A DNA stretch of 64,000 nucleotides from Marsupella aquatica (lineage: Eukaryota; Plantae; Marchantiophyta), in assembly GCA_973895155.1 (NCBI GenBank), contig OZ316891.1, forward strand, positions 25,915,899 through 25,979,898. The letters run 5' to 3'. Shown piece by piece: positions 12,902 through 24,018 of this stretch. The translations under genes and the position numbers were made by a program. Under the pieces are notes generated by a model that saw only the letters and a list, made by a program, of their open reading frames with translations, had not been told where the DNA came from and ran no database searches. Numbering within the stretch: position 1 is the stretch's first letter; every line of letters starts with the position of its first letter.

Positions 12902-13679
12902 CAAAATGTACGGACAACTATAATTGAACGCCATACAATTTTAGACTAGAGAATTCATTCGGATCCTCTACTAGTACTTCTGATACATTGCTTCTATATT
13001 GGACTTGAAAAACGGATTGATCAAAATCGGAGTGTGGAATTGGACCATAACTTCATTGACTCAATTCATGCATTGAATGCGTGATTTAAGGCAACTATTC
13101 TCCTCATTTATTGCGGAATTAATGCTGATTGATACTTACAAGCTATTCAGTTGCGTGTGGACTCAGCGATGTTGGCGGCAACCCTTCGATGTTGGCGGAA
13201 ACCCTCCTCCCAGCAAAGCCTCTTCCTTCCAGCGTAGCCTCCTCCTTGTCCCAGCAAACTAATCCTCCTCCTTCGAACTCCAATTTCCTTGAGTATCGTG
13301 ACCGAATCCCACCACCAGAGAATGAAACCTTGTTGATCGTATCGAGATCAAAATCCTTGACCAGACAGTGATTTCAGACTAGCCGCACTTTGTTGGTCCG
13401 CTAGAATGCTTCGATGAATGAGGCAGACTGGAGGTTCTAAATCTTTTGTCGTCCCGCTTGATTGGATGTGCCCTCCCCAAGAATGGGATACAATAAGAAC
13501 TGCGCCAGCGTTGCTTGAATGAGCTCCGCCTCCGCCTGGAATAGTCGAATGATCCAATCTGCTCCACCTCAAATGTGCCTTGGATCAGCCTCCGCTGAGA
13601 GCCCAGCTAGTATCCTGGTCAGGAGAAACTGAAAATGAAGAATGATTCGTGAGCAATGAGATCAGTCTATTGACTCCAT

Positions 13680-14095
13680 GAGGGATGTGTTCATCTTGAC
13701 TCGATTTTGATTTTGAAAATTGGTTCAGTCTCCAGTCATGAGAATCATTGTACAAAATTTGGCATGATAGCTTCTTGAGTTTTGAATTGAGTTGCTATTC
13801 AACGCGCGAATAATCATACGGATCCGGTGTTCTCCACTTCCAAAATGGATTGATTTTGAATATCGGTTCTCCCCGACCATGAGAATCGTTTGACGTTGTT
13901 TAGAGTTTGGGTTTGAATTGGCAAGATAGAGAGTGGAGTATGGATCCGGATCTGACGGTCTCCACTACCAAAATGGAATGATTTTGAAGTTCGCCTCACT
14001 CCGATCGTGAGAAACTTGTCGTTCGTTCAGATTTTGGATTTGAATTGGCAGATATAGTGAAGATACGGATCCGGATCCGGGGGTCTCCACTAACA
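13680..14095. repeat. Degenerate ~125-bp tandem repeat, about 3 copies
   Basis: Recurring TTTGAATTG...TA(C/T)GGATCCGG...TCTCCACT..CAAAATGGA.TGATTTTGAA. Confidence 0.7.
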
Positions 14096-15562
14096 ATCTA
14101 TCGCAGTCGCATAATTACCGGTTTAAATTTCAAATTGGCGATCAAATAGAAATCTCCTTTACCGGAATCCTTTTGATTTTCCGTACTAATCTTTTTTTCA
14201 CGATTGCATAGTTTGTTGAGTCGTTGGTGGAGTGTACGGAGATCATCTGGAACCTTCTTGTCGCTAGGCTGTTATTAGGGTTATGCTAAAATGATACCCT
14301 AATTAGTCGTTCCTTAGTGTCGGCGCCCACGGTCTCGAGTTCACTGTTCATTGTTGTTGATTCTCGCTCCTAGACTTTTGCGCGCCTGCTCTCGTCGCTC
14401 TCGCTCTCACTCTCGTCGCTCTCGCTCTCGCTCCTGCCTTGGATTTCATTTTTGTCGTTGCAGCTCGTTCGTCGTGGTCAGGTGCTGGTCGGCGCGTTGC
14501 AGCTCTTAGTAGTTGTCGATCGTTTCGGTCAGGAGCTCGTTGGCTCGTTGCAGCTCGCATTTACAGCTCGTATTCACTTCTAGTTTGCTCGAAGGGATTC
14601 TTAGGAGCTCGTTGGGTTCGTTGCAGCTAGTTTGTTGGGAGTGTTCGTATCAGCTCGTGTCAGCCAATTTTAAGCTCATATCAGCTCGATCAACGTGTTT
14701 CAGCAGCTTGAACTACTTTTTGGCAGCTTGTTTCAGCTCCTTTCATTCATCATTCAGGTTTGTTTCAGCTCTTTCAATCTTCAGGTTTAGTGCGCTTTTA
14801 TTCATGCTCAGTTTGTCTATCGACAGCTTTGATTGTACTTCAGGAATAGTCTTTTTAACTCGACATAATGAGTTCCATAGCATTAAGCACATGTTATTCA
14901 ATTGGCAGCAACGAAGCTCTATATAGAAGCTGTGTTGTTGTTGCTTAGCATATTTACTTTCTGGAATGCCGCAGCAAGGTCTTCAAGTGCTTGGACGTCA
15001 ATCTCTCAAACGATTACAACACTTTTTCAGAATTCAGGTGCAATTTCTACATTTTCTGCTAGTGTTGATTGTTGTTTGCTAAAATTTCTGTTGATTGTTA
15101 AGCTGAGTTTGTCTGTAAACTCAAATATGTCTGAATCATACAAACTCACTAATTAAAATACAACCTGAATTGTATTAAGTAAGTCATTACAAACCTGCAC
15201 GCTGTGAAATTTAATCATATAAACTCTCATGTTATGTGAATCTCATTACACTGAATCATTTAATTGACGAATACAACCAGTAGACTGCTAAATTGAATCA
15301 TCTTAGCTTAATCATTCTCTAAACTGAATTCCATGCAATCTGAAAACTTCTGATATATAATAGTTTCACAATGACAGAGCTCAAACATCTGAGTTATTGT
15401 AAAGTTCACAAATGAATACTAGTGTGCTTGAATCCATTCAATAAATGCATCATTGCACTTTTCTAGTTCAAAACCTCATGCTTACTCGGATTTCCCTGTC
15501 CGTATGGGTCAGTAATCACAGTTGTATCACTGTATTATCCTAGTGTCCAAAAGTGGTTTGAG

Positions 15563-16840
15563 CTGTTGACGCGACCAGTCGCGTGAGAAGATTGTGAGGT
15601 TCCATTTTAGGGTCAATTGACGCGACCAGTCGCGTCTGAGGGAGCTCTCTCATTGACTGGTTCCGTTAGAGGAGGTATGGTTCCATTTAGGACCAGTCGC
15701 GTGTGAAGGAGACATGATAGATTATTGAGTGCGTTTAGGGTTTAGGGTTTAGGTTCAGTTGACGCGACCAGTCGCGTGTGAGGTAGCTCTCTCATTGACT
15801 TGTTCTATTATAGGTATGGTTCCATTTAGGATCAGTTGACGCGACCAGTCGCGTGTGAGAAGGAGAGGATAGATTATTGAGCGCGTATCATATCCAAATC
15901 TCCACAAGGGCGGTTCAGTGGATATAGTTGTTTAGGTTTAGTTGACGCGACCAGTCGTGTCTGAGGTAGGTCTCATTGACTAGTTCTGTTAGAGGTATGG
16001 TTCCATTTAGGATCAGTTGACGCGACCAGTCGCGTGTGAGAAGGAGGATAGATTATTGAGCGAGTACCATATCCAAATCTCCACAAGGGCGGTTCAGTTG
16101 ATATAGTTGTTTAGGTTCAGTTGACGCGACCAGTCGCGTGTGAGGTAGCTCTCTCATTGACTGGTTCTGTTAGAGGAGGTATGGTTCCATTTAGGATCAG
16201 TTGCCGCGACCAGTCGCGTGTGAGAAGGAAACAGGATAGATTATTGAGCGCGTATCATATCCAAATCTCCACAAGGGCGGTTCAGTGGATATAGTTGTTT
16301 AGGTTTAGTTGACGCGACCAGTCGTGTCTGAGGTAGGTCTCATTGACTGGTTCTGTTAGAGGTATGGTTCCATTTAGGATCAGTTGACGCGACCAGTCGC
16401 GTGTGAGAAGGAGGATAGATTATTGAGCGAGTACCATATCCAAATCTCCACAAGGAAGGTTCAGTTGATATAGTTGTTTAGGTTCAGTTGACGCAACCAG
16501 TCGCGTGTGAGGTAGCTCTCTCATTGACTGGTTCTGTTAGAGGAGGTAAGGTTCCATTTAGGATCAGTTGACGCGACTAGTCGCGTGTGAGAAGGAAACA
16601 GGATAGATTATTGAGCGCGTATCATATCCAAATCTCCACAAGGGCGGTTCAGTGGATATAGTTGTTTAGGTTTAGTTGACGCGACCAATCGCATCTAAGG
16701 TAGTTCTGTTAGAGGTATGGTTCCATTTAGGATCAGTTGACGCGACCAGTCGCGTCTGATATAGCTCTCTCATTGACTGGTTCACGTGACCCAAAAAATC
16801 ACAATCTCCAAAAGAATTGTTCAGTAGACGCGACCAGTCC
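15563..16840. repeat. Tandem array 2: about 15 copies of AGTTGACGCGACCAGTCGCGTG with alternating spacers and a 367-bp higher-order period
   Basis: Core at ~15568, 15619, 15761, 15838, 15944, 16019, 16123, 16203, 16311, 16386, 16490, 16570, 16678, 16739 and 16827. Spacing 75/104/80/108 repeats (15944 to 16311 to 16678). Confidence 0.95.
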
Positions 16841-16847
16841 ATTTGGC

Positions 16848-17399
16848 ATGGGGGAACCTGGTCTGGAGAGCTTCAGATATCTATGCCCAATATTTGACGT
16901 TTTGGACAGAAGCCAAGATGGTCTACTGGCGGGATATTCTGTATTTATTGAAACACTACTACCTGGACTTCCAGATTTCATTGTCGCGGAATTGATATGG
17001 CCTCGCATCAAGGAGTCCTTGAATTCCTCGGCTAATGCAGGAAATTTCTCAATAAAGGAATTGGATGAGTTTGTAGGACTATCTTCGGTATGTCGCAGAT
17101 GGCGCCACCTTGTTGGGAATACCTATCTTCTGGGTGTAATCAAGTTGACTTTATTAGATTTGGCTTCCCCAGGAAATCCTAGTAAACCAATCCGAAATGA
17201 GTCTCTCTCATCGACAGTTCAAAGTTTCTTCCAGAAATACCCAAGAATTAAATTCATGGGGTCAATGTCCAGAGATCTAAGGGAACTCTTCACGAAGACT
17301 TACGATGCTCTTCACCCTCTTGAAAAATGGAAATTTACAGTCAGATGCCACAAAGTTGGATACCTTGAGGGTGACATCTACGCTTTTAAGGAATTCTAG
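16848..17399 (+). CDS. F-box-like cargo protein 1
   Basis: LLPGLPDFIVAELIWP...LSSVCRRWRHLV resembles a plant F-box motif with an insertion. First ATG is at 16848; the upstream TTG start lies inside the array. Confidence 0.7.
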   Translation: MGEPGLESFRYLCPIFDVLDRSQDGLLAGYSVFIETLLPGLPDFIVAELIWPRIKESLNSSANAGNFSIKELDEFVGLSSVCRRWRHLVGNTYLLGVIKLTLLDLASPGNPSKPIRNESLSSTVQSFFQKYPRIKFMGSMSRDLRELFTKTYDALHPLEKWKFTVRCHKVGYLEGDIYAFKEF

Positions 17400-17463
17400 T
17401 TAACTTACGTGACCAAGCGCGTCGTATGTATTCTAACAATGTTTTGTATATGATAAAAGTAGG

Positions 17464-18030
17464 ATGAGCCAACTTTTGAATGAGGCTCGAGATTTCCTTT
17501 CATCTCATGAAAGGAAACAAAAAACAATATGGGATACGCTGGATGAAACCTCCTCTAGTCTCATTGGAGGAATACCAGATGTTTTGGTCATTTCAAACAT
17601 TTGGCCAATACTCTACAAACACTTTATTTCAATTGAAGAAGTGCCTGGATATCGACACCCCGAGATTGATTTGGTTATGGATAGGGTCCGAGATCTTATT
17701 CGGCTTGGAGCTTGTAGCAAGAAGTGGAACTTTTTAGTTACAAATACAAGGTTATGGGCTATCCTCAAACAAGCAAACCGGATTGTTGATGTCGCAAATG
17801 ATGCTCTTTACGACATACCCAAAACTGACGAGTTGGAGTTTGACTCAGTCTGTCGAGTTATTCGACAGGATATTTCTATGCTTCCAGAAATATCTGTTCT
17901 TGGGACTACTACTTCTGACGAAATTGCATTGTTTACCAACAAATATAATAATTTAGATGAGGAAGAACGAGATGTCCTAATCGAAAGGTTTGGTAGATTT
18001 TCTCAGAATCTCGGTGGTCCCAGTTCTTAA
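17464..18030 (+). CDS. F-box-like cargo protein 2
   Basis: LIGGIPDVLVISNIWP...LGACSKKWNFLV. Paralogous to its neighbours, with a shared C-terminal LDEEER-like motif. Confidence 0.7.
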   Translation: MSQLLNEARDFLSSHERKQKTIWDTLDETSSSLIGGIPDVLVISNIWPILYKHFISIEEVPGYRHPEIDLVMDRVRDLIRLGACSKKWNFLVTNTRLWAILKQANRIVDVANDALYDIPKTDELEFDSVCRVIRQDISMLPEISVLGTTTSDEIALFTNKYNNLDEEERDVLIERFGRFSQNLGGPSS

Positions 18031-18082
18031 TTGATAGGTTCTTGTTCTTAATCTTTTCCATATTATGTTGTAGTCCTTTGAC

Positions 18083-18595
18083 ATGAATCGAAAATCTCAT
18101 CGTCAAATGATGATGGAGCGCATTGCACGTGCAAAGGTTATGAACCGAAATATGATATGGAGTCAAGCTGAAGACCTGATACCCGGTCTTCCGGACGATA
18201 TTGTCAAGAAATATATTTGGCCATTAGTCAAAGAGTTTTTCCACTGTCTTGGGAATTTGTCGGATAATGCGATTAAAAATCGCGTCATGGACTTGATCGC
18301 CATTCGGACAGTCAGTAAGAAGTGGTGCCACATAGTTACTTATAGTAGTACTTGGGCGACGGTCACCTTGGTAGCTTACGACTTCACTGATAGACCACGA
18401 TATGAATTGCTTCGAAGGTATTTGACTTCACGGAATGTAGCATTCAGATTTACAGAATCCATCAGAACTTTCCCGCCGCTGGACATTCTGGGTGGATTTG
18501 TAGGATCTGAACTTGACACGTTTAGGAACCTTTGGTTTTGGTTAGATGAAGATGAGCGAAAGGATTGGGTCAGGGAAAACGTTCCTAAAATGTAA
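18083..18595 (+). CDS. F-box-like cargo protein 3
   Basis: LIPGLPDDIVKKYIWP...IRTVSKKWCHIV...LDEDER. Confidence 0.72.
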   Translation: MNRKSHRQMMMERIARAKVMNRNMIWSQAEDLIPGLPDDIVKKYIWPLVKEFFHCLGNLSDNAIKNRVMDLIAIRTVSKKWCHIVTYSSTWATVTLVAYDFTDRPRYELLRRYLTSRNVAFRFTESIRTFPPLDILGGFVGSELDTFRNLWFWLDEDERKDWVRENVPKM

Positions 18596-18670
18596 TTCGG
18601 CACGACGCGACCATGCGCGTGTTAGTATTTTATAATAAATGTTTAACTTTCAATATTTGTCTATTTCAGA

Positions 18671-21600
18671 ATGGATCATACCGGAACTTCAAAGCGGAAA
18701 AGAGACTCGTCTAAACCTGCTTCTCAAAAGAAAGCCAAGACAAGAACGACTCCCGCGGAGACATCCATACTTGCATATCGAGGAAAGTCAATCAGAGAGA
18801 GAACAACGGAGACAAAGAGTATCCATCTCTTTGATTCAACTGAGATATCCAATCTTGGAATAGTCGTTCACAATAGGGCTGTTCGTCTTGTGGTGGCAAA
18901 AAATGATAAAGCTACAGTTTTGGAGAGATCACAAATTCTTGGGTGTTTGTTTGAGAAGAGCATGAAAGTGAAAGAGTGTACAGAGGGATTGGTTCTGCTA
19001 GTCAGCGACGACCAGCAGGATGACAAAATAAGCATTTGTTTGGATCGAACGCAATATGTAACCTTCAATCAGTCCAGAATCGATGATCTTCTAGGTGCAA
19101 GGCACGCTTTGGAAAAGGTTACTAGTGTGGGATACCCTTCCGATCCAGAGGGATCAATGGGAGATTTGATTTGTCAATACATTATTGACGTACTTGAGTT
19201 CCAAAGAGTTCCTTTCAACCAGGGATTTCGCTTGGGAAAGGCCCCCCCAGTGACCAAGGTTGAAGTATACTCGGCGGAGAATCTTCCGAAAGTCATTACC
19301 TCAGCGAATGTCGGGGCTCTGTTCGATTCTTTCCTCAAAGAATATAGTGTTGTGAATATATTTAACAGCAAGTCATTTTTTGTTGAGACATCACGTTGTC
19401 ATCTTGCACCGGACCACATCAAGTGCCGAGAGTGGAATCAGGATTACACAGATAGGCTAAAGAATTCACTCCTCTCTCATTCGGCTATAAAGTTCGAAAA
19501 GCGATGCTGCTTTTTAGTCCATATGAAGTGGGTTCAGTCGGAGGTCGACAGAGATCCCGACTACAATGGGACACCCTATGATTCGGCGCCAACGGAGAAG
19601 GACATTATGACCAGTCATTTTTGGATACTCGGAGGCCAGCACACAATAATGGCGTACAAGTTGCTGAGGATGGACGACAAAGTCAGCCAAGTTGTTCGGG
19701 ACGCATGCGGTACAGTAGAAGCTGTAATGTTTTGGGCAACTCTCAACAACGACAATAATGTTCATTTGATGGGACTATCGAAGGCTCTGAACCACTGTCA
19801 TCAAACATCAATGGAAGAAGGACAGTTTCTCACCATTGTACGTCAGTGTCGTAATATCTGGAACTCATTCGGGCGGCCTGGATCACATTATCGTCATCCA
19901 AATGGGAAGGTATATAAATAACCCTCTTCCCTAAACCCTAAACATTATCTTTTAAATGTTTTCTCACGCAAATGGTCGCGTCAATCTTAGAATATTCATG
20001 TTTCCATTGTTTTTCAGGTATTTATGAGAGCTACGAGTTTTGTTTGCCCATGGGCTCAAATGGGGAAGAACGAAATGATGAAATTTGGAGAATTGGCTCC
20101 ATTTCTCTTTACAATGGAGGACGAAACATTCAAGAAGTGGATGGAGGTCTACAAACTATCAAGGACAGGAGAGCTTGTAATTTACAACGGAATTTTACAG
20201 AGAGACGCCGTCAAAATTGCGGATAATCCCTGTGCTTATCATCTCCTTAAGAAGACGTTCCGTTCTTGTCAAGGGTGCTTGGACTCGGTTCTTGGAAAGG
20301 CAGCGGAATATATGTTGAGCGGAAGACTATCTATACTCAAAAACCGAAGTATCAAAGTGAAATCTGGGAAGGCGAGGAAGTCCTCTGAGGCTCCGGTGTT
20401 GTCAACGACCAGCATGAGTTTGGAGCAATTCTGTATAAAGAAGAAGACGAAAGTTGAGTTTGAGATTTTATTATTGAGTAAACTCAACGGGGATACATCC
20501 ACCCGGACGGAGCTGAAAAGTCTGACAGATTCAGCGCGGAAATTGCGGGTCAACGGAATGATTGATCGCTTTAAGCTCGACAAGATGGTGCTGAAGCAGT
20601 TGAGAGATGCGTTGAGTGGTTATCTGAAGAAGTGCTTAAATGTAAATATTAGTAATGATAATTCGTTGAAGGAGATCGACCCGATATTCTACAGGTTGGT
20701 GGAAGGAATACAAAAATCAGTTGATAGTCAAGGAAACCAACTAGTGCGGCCGGTCGGTGAGAGGCTGAAATTGCGATCCCTGCAGGATATACAAAATGCT
20801 GGGTTTGCAGACTGTATCATACGTGAAGACAAGAACCTTGCGAGCTTGATTTATTTTGATCCCTCATCAATGGGAGATTTGCGTCCGCCAAATTGCTCAT
20901 TCTATGAGGGGTTATTTCGTGCTACTAGCAAGATAGGGGCAAAACCACACCATGTGGTTATTATTGTAGCCTCTCCCGTTGAGTCTTATTTAATCAAACG
21001 GGAATTAGGGAAGTACACACACTATGTTGCTGTCGATAGCCATTATATTCAGAAGCGGCCAAAGGAGAAGAAGCTTATTGTAACCTACGCTTTTCACAGC
21101 TTGGCCTTCAGCACAATGGGCGATCCACAAGCCCTCGAGTTCCAGTTGGTCTCCAAATATCGGATTGATAAGATAGCCAATTTTGAAGAGAGCGGCGAGT
21201 TCACGACACCTTCCCCAGAAAAGATACTTCCATTCTTTGAAAGTATTGTTAGTCAATTCGTCCAATGTGGGGAATGGGCTATATGCTTCGGCGAGGGAAC
21301 GAACTTGATCCAGTGCCTAATGGTAAGTTTTGAGATTTATATTTTGGGGTTTCGATTTTAAGATTATTTGGATTTTCATATTCTCAATTAATATTGTGAA
21401 CTAATTTTGGCTTGTTTTACAGGATGCTGGATCCAATGTAAAATATTACTGCCCTGTGGCAACGCATAAGGAGTTGTCTTATTTCTTGCAACACACCACG
21501 GCGACAATTGATACAATGCTGTCATTGATTGACCCAATACGGGCTAGTATAGAAAAATGTATAGATAAATTAATGAAGTACCGTCCATCTGTAACTGCTC

Positions 21601-23387
21601 TCAGGGCTGATGTCTTGGATGTCCTCCACGAACAACATATCCCAGATAATATTTGTAATCAATTATTGCAAGAGTATGCCCTCTTTGAAGATTCCAATCG
21701 ATTGTACATTCGACCAACGGAGTACCCTCGTGGGCCATTCCAAGGTAGGTTACTTTTGAACCCTCTTACTTTTTCTTGGGTCACGCGAACATGCGCGTGG
21801 ACATTCTCAACATTTCTTTCTAATCTAAAAATCTGATTTTCTTCAGATCAAGTCGAACACGGCTCCAATGTTGAGGATGCAGGGAGCAATGGTGATGCGG
21901 ATGGTAAGGGGGAAGGAGACGTGGAAGGTGACGTGGATGGGGATGTCAATGACCAAGATCCAGAGTGGATGACCGATACCCAGAATGACGTCGGATATTC
22001 CGACAAAAGCGAGGAAGAGAGTGACGGAGAGGAGATGAAGGACGCTGAGGACGCTGAGGACTCTGATGAAGAGGCCACACAGGAGCCTCATCATGAGGCG
22101 GACCAAGAGGAGGCGGCCCGGCAGGAGGACGCCCGGCAGGAGGCGGCCCGGCAGGAGGCGGCCCAGCAAGAGGAGCTTCAAAAGAAAGAGGCGGCCCGGC
22201 AAGAGGCGGCCCGGAAGGAGGACGCCCGGCAGGAGGAGGCCCGACAGGAGGAGGCCCGACAGGAGGCTGCCCGGAAGGAGGAAGCCCGGCAGGAGGAGGA
22301 GGCCTGGCAAGAGGAGGCCCGACAAGAGGAGGCCCGACAAGAGGCGGCCCGGCAAGAGGAGCTTCAAAAGAAGGAGGCTAAGAAGAAAAAGGCGGCAGCT
22401 AGAAAAGCAACTGCCGCAAAGAAGAAGGAAAAAGCCGACGCTGAGAAAGCCCAGGCGGAAAAAGCCCAAGCTGAAAAAGACGAGGCGGAGAAAGCCGAGG
22501 CTGAGAAAGCCCAGGCTGAGAAAGCCAAGGCTGAGAAAACCCAGGCTGAAAAAGACCAGGCGAAGAAAGCCCAGGCTGAGAAAGCCCAGGCCAAGAAAGC
22601 CGAGGCCGAGAAAGCGGAGGCGAAGAAAGCGGAGGCGGAGAAAGCGGAGGCTGAGAAAGCCCAGGCTGAGAAAGCCCAGGCTGAGAAAGCCGTGGCTAAG
22701 AAAGCCCAGGCTGAGAAAGCCCTTTTAGTGACCGAGGAAAATAGGGCCGAGGCGGAGAGTGCCGAGGCGGAGAGGCTGCTGGCCGAGAGGATGGCGGACC
22801 AGAGCGAACAGACCGCAAGACCGGAGAGGGAGGAGGCGGAGGAGGCGCAAAAGGTTGATTCCGCAAGACTGGAGAGAGAAGATACCGCAAGACTGGAGAG
22901 GGTGGAGGCGGAGAAGGTACAGGCAGCGAGGAGGGAGGCCGAGAGGGCCAAGGATCTTTCGCTTATTCCTGAAGCACAACGTCTACCGAAAATAAAGCTG
23001 AATTTGAAGAAGCCTTCTTCACCCTCGGTTGCAGTTAAGAAGAAAATATTAGACTATTTTCTTCGGCCGGAGTTTGAGTTTAACGATCCACCCTTAAGAA
23101 CGGTCTCGTTGGATGATTGGAATAAATATTCATCGGAGCAGCTCCGAGTCCAGGCTGTCTTGGCTTTGCAATATTGGAAGGGTCTTTTGATTACCGAGGA
23201 GAAGACTTCCACTGCATCCAGAATGGAGACAATCATCAATAATGTCCGATTTTCCGAGAATCGAGTGCAAGACCTGGGAATATCTCTGGCACCAGACTCG
23301 GCTCAAGTCGTTAAGAGACTAACAGCTGAGTTGACACGACCGGGTTTGTGGTCTCGACCCCGATATACTACAGAGGTCACTCGTGCG
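18671..23387 (+). CDS. Large four-exon cargo protein: ParB/Srx-like domain, degenerate N6/N4 DNA-methyltransferase-like domain, acidic tract and pentapeptide helical repeats; native C-terminus now inverted at 23443-23690
   Basis: Phase-compatible GT-AG introns at 19910-20017, 21323-21422 and 21745-21846 join four ORFs. ParB-like motifs CREWNQDYTDRLKNSL and FWILGGQHTIMA. MTase-like motifs LIYFDPSS and EKILPFFESIVSQFVQCGEWAICFGEGT. Confidence 0.72.
22105..22722 (+). repeat. Coding 15-bp minisatellite encoding (Q/K)EAAR/QEEAR then KA(Q/E)AE pentapeptides
   Basis: GGCCCGGCAGGAGGA-type and AAAGCCCAGGCTGAG-type units in frame within exon 4. Confidence 0.9.
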
Positions 23388-23423
23388 CTCGGGGGGGTCA
23401 CTATATGGAGGGTCATACATCGC
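23388..23423 (-). mobile_element. 36-bp terminal fragment of a CTCGGG-type MITE in reverse orientation
   Basis: Perfect reverse complement of 23983-24018. Confidence 0.9.
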
Positions 23424-23442
23424 TATGATAGAAACTTTAAGC

Positions 23443-23690
23443 TTATAGCTTGCGGATGACCTTTGGATTGGGTGGATCCGGCCTTTTCGCAGCTGATCTC
23501 TTGGGTGCCTCCTTCGCAACAACATCCTTCAGCCCTCCTCGAGCCCGCAGTGATCGCTCCAACGGACCAGTTTGCGAAGGTTGTAGCGATGAGGCGGGAA
23601 GACCTTCGAATGGTTGTGGCATTTGATTTAAATATTCAACAATCTGGGAATCCAATTCCAAAATATCCGGGGCCACAATTTCCGCGCGAG
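23443..23690 (-). other. Inverted native 3' end of the large ParB-like gene
   Basis: The minus strand begins CTCGCGCG, matching CTCGTGCG at 23380-23387 at 7/8 positions. It reads in frame ...EVTRA-EIVAPDILELDSQ...PKVIRKL*. Confidence 0.8.
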
Positions 23691-24018
23691 CTCGGGGGGG
23701 TCACTTCCACGGAAGTGACACATCACGTGCGACGAAGTATAGGCCCATTTAAATGGGTGTGGCAGAAGACTTCCAAAGTTTGGTGGAAGAACACATAGGG
23801 CATGTTTTATTGATTGGTCGACTTTAAAGAACACATAGGCCTATTTAATTGCAAAAAATACTTTCTATAAAGTTTTTAGGGGTTTTTTAATAAAAAATGA
23901 CAAAATTTTAAGAAAGAAAGGGCTTTGCAAAAAATTATTTTTCACTTTAAAGTTAGGGGGGTCAAACCCTAAAACGTCGCACGCGATGTATGACCCTCCA
24001 TATAGTGACCCCCCCGAG
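23691..24018 (+). mobile_element. ~330-bp MITE with CTCGGGGGGGTCACT TIRs; family makes 8-bp TSDs
   Basis: TIRs CTCGGGGGGGTCACT...AGTGACCCCCCCGAG. Related copies at 38741 and 42783. Confidence 0.88.

Noticed and set aside
15734-15753. TTTAGGG repeats (also near 7290-7335, 19929-19942 and 41725) as telomere or healing sites
   Set aside because: Only 2-3 units each. Such short telo-box tracts are common in plant DNA.
15563-16840. CRISPR array
   Set aside because: The spacers are themselves repeated (two alternating types), are too long, and there are no cas genes. The context is eukaryotic.
21843-22995. Long antisense and alternate-frame ORFs (Leu/Pro-, Arg/Pro- and Ala/Phe/Ser-rich)
   Set aside because: They are by-products of the stop-free 15-bp coding minisatellite. 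Only the 21921 frame is splice-compatible with the upstream exons.
23388-24018. A single 630-bp TIR element whose removal would fuse the ParB-like protein to the YR
   Set aside because: There is no direct TSD. An internal MITE left end at 23691, an inverted 8-bp TSD and an in-frame inverted gene tail with its own stop favour an inversion and two separate genes.
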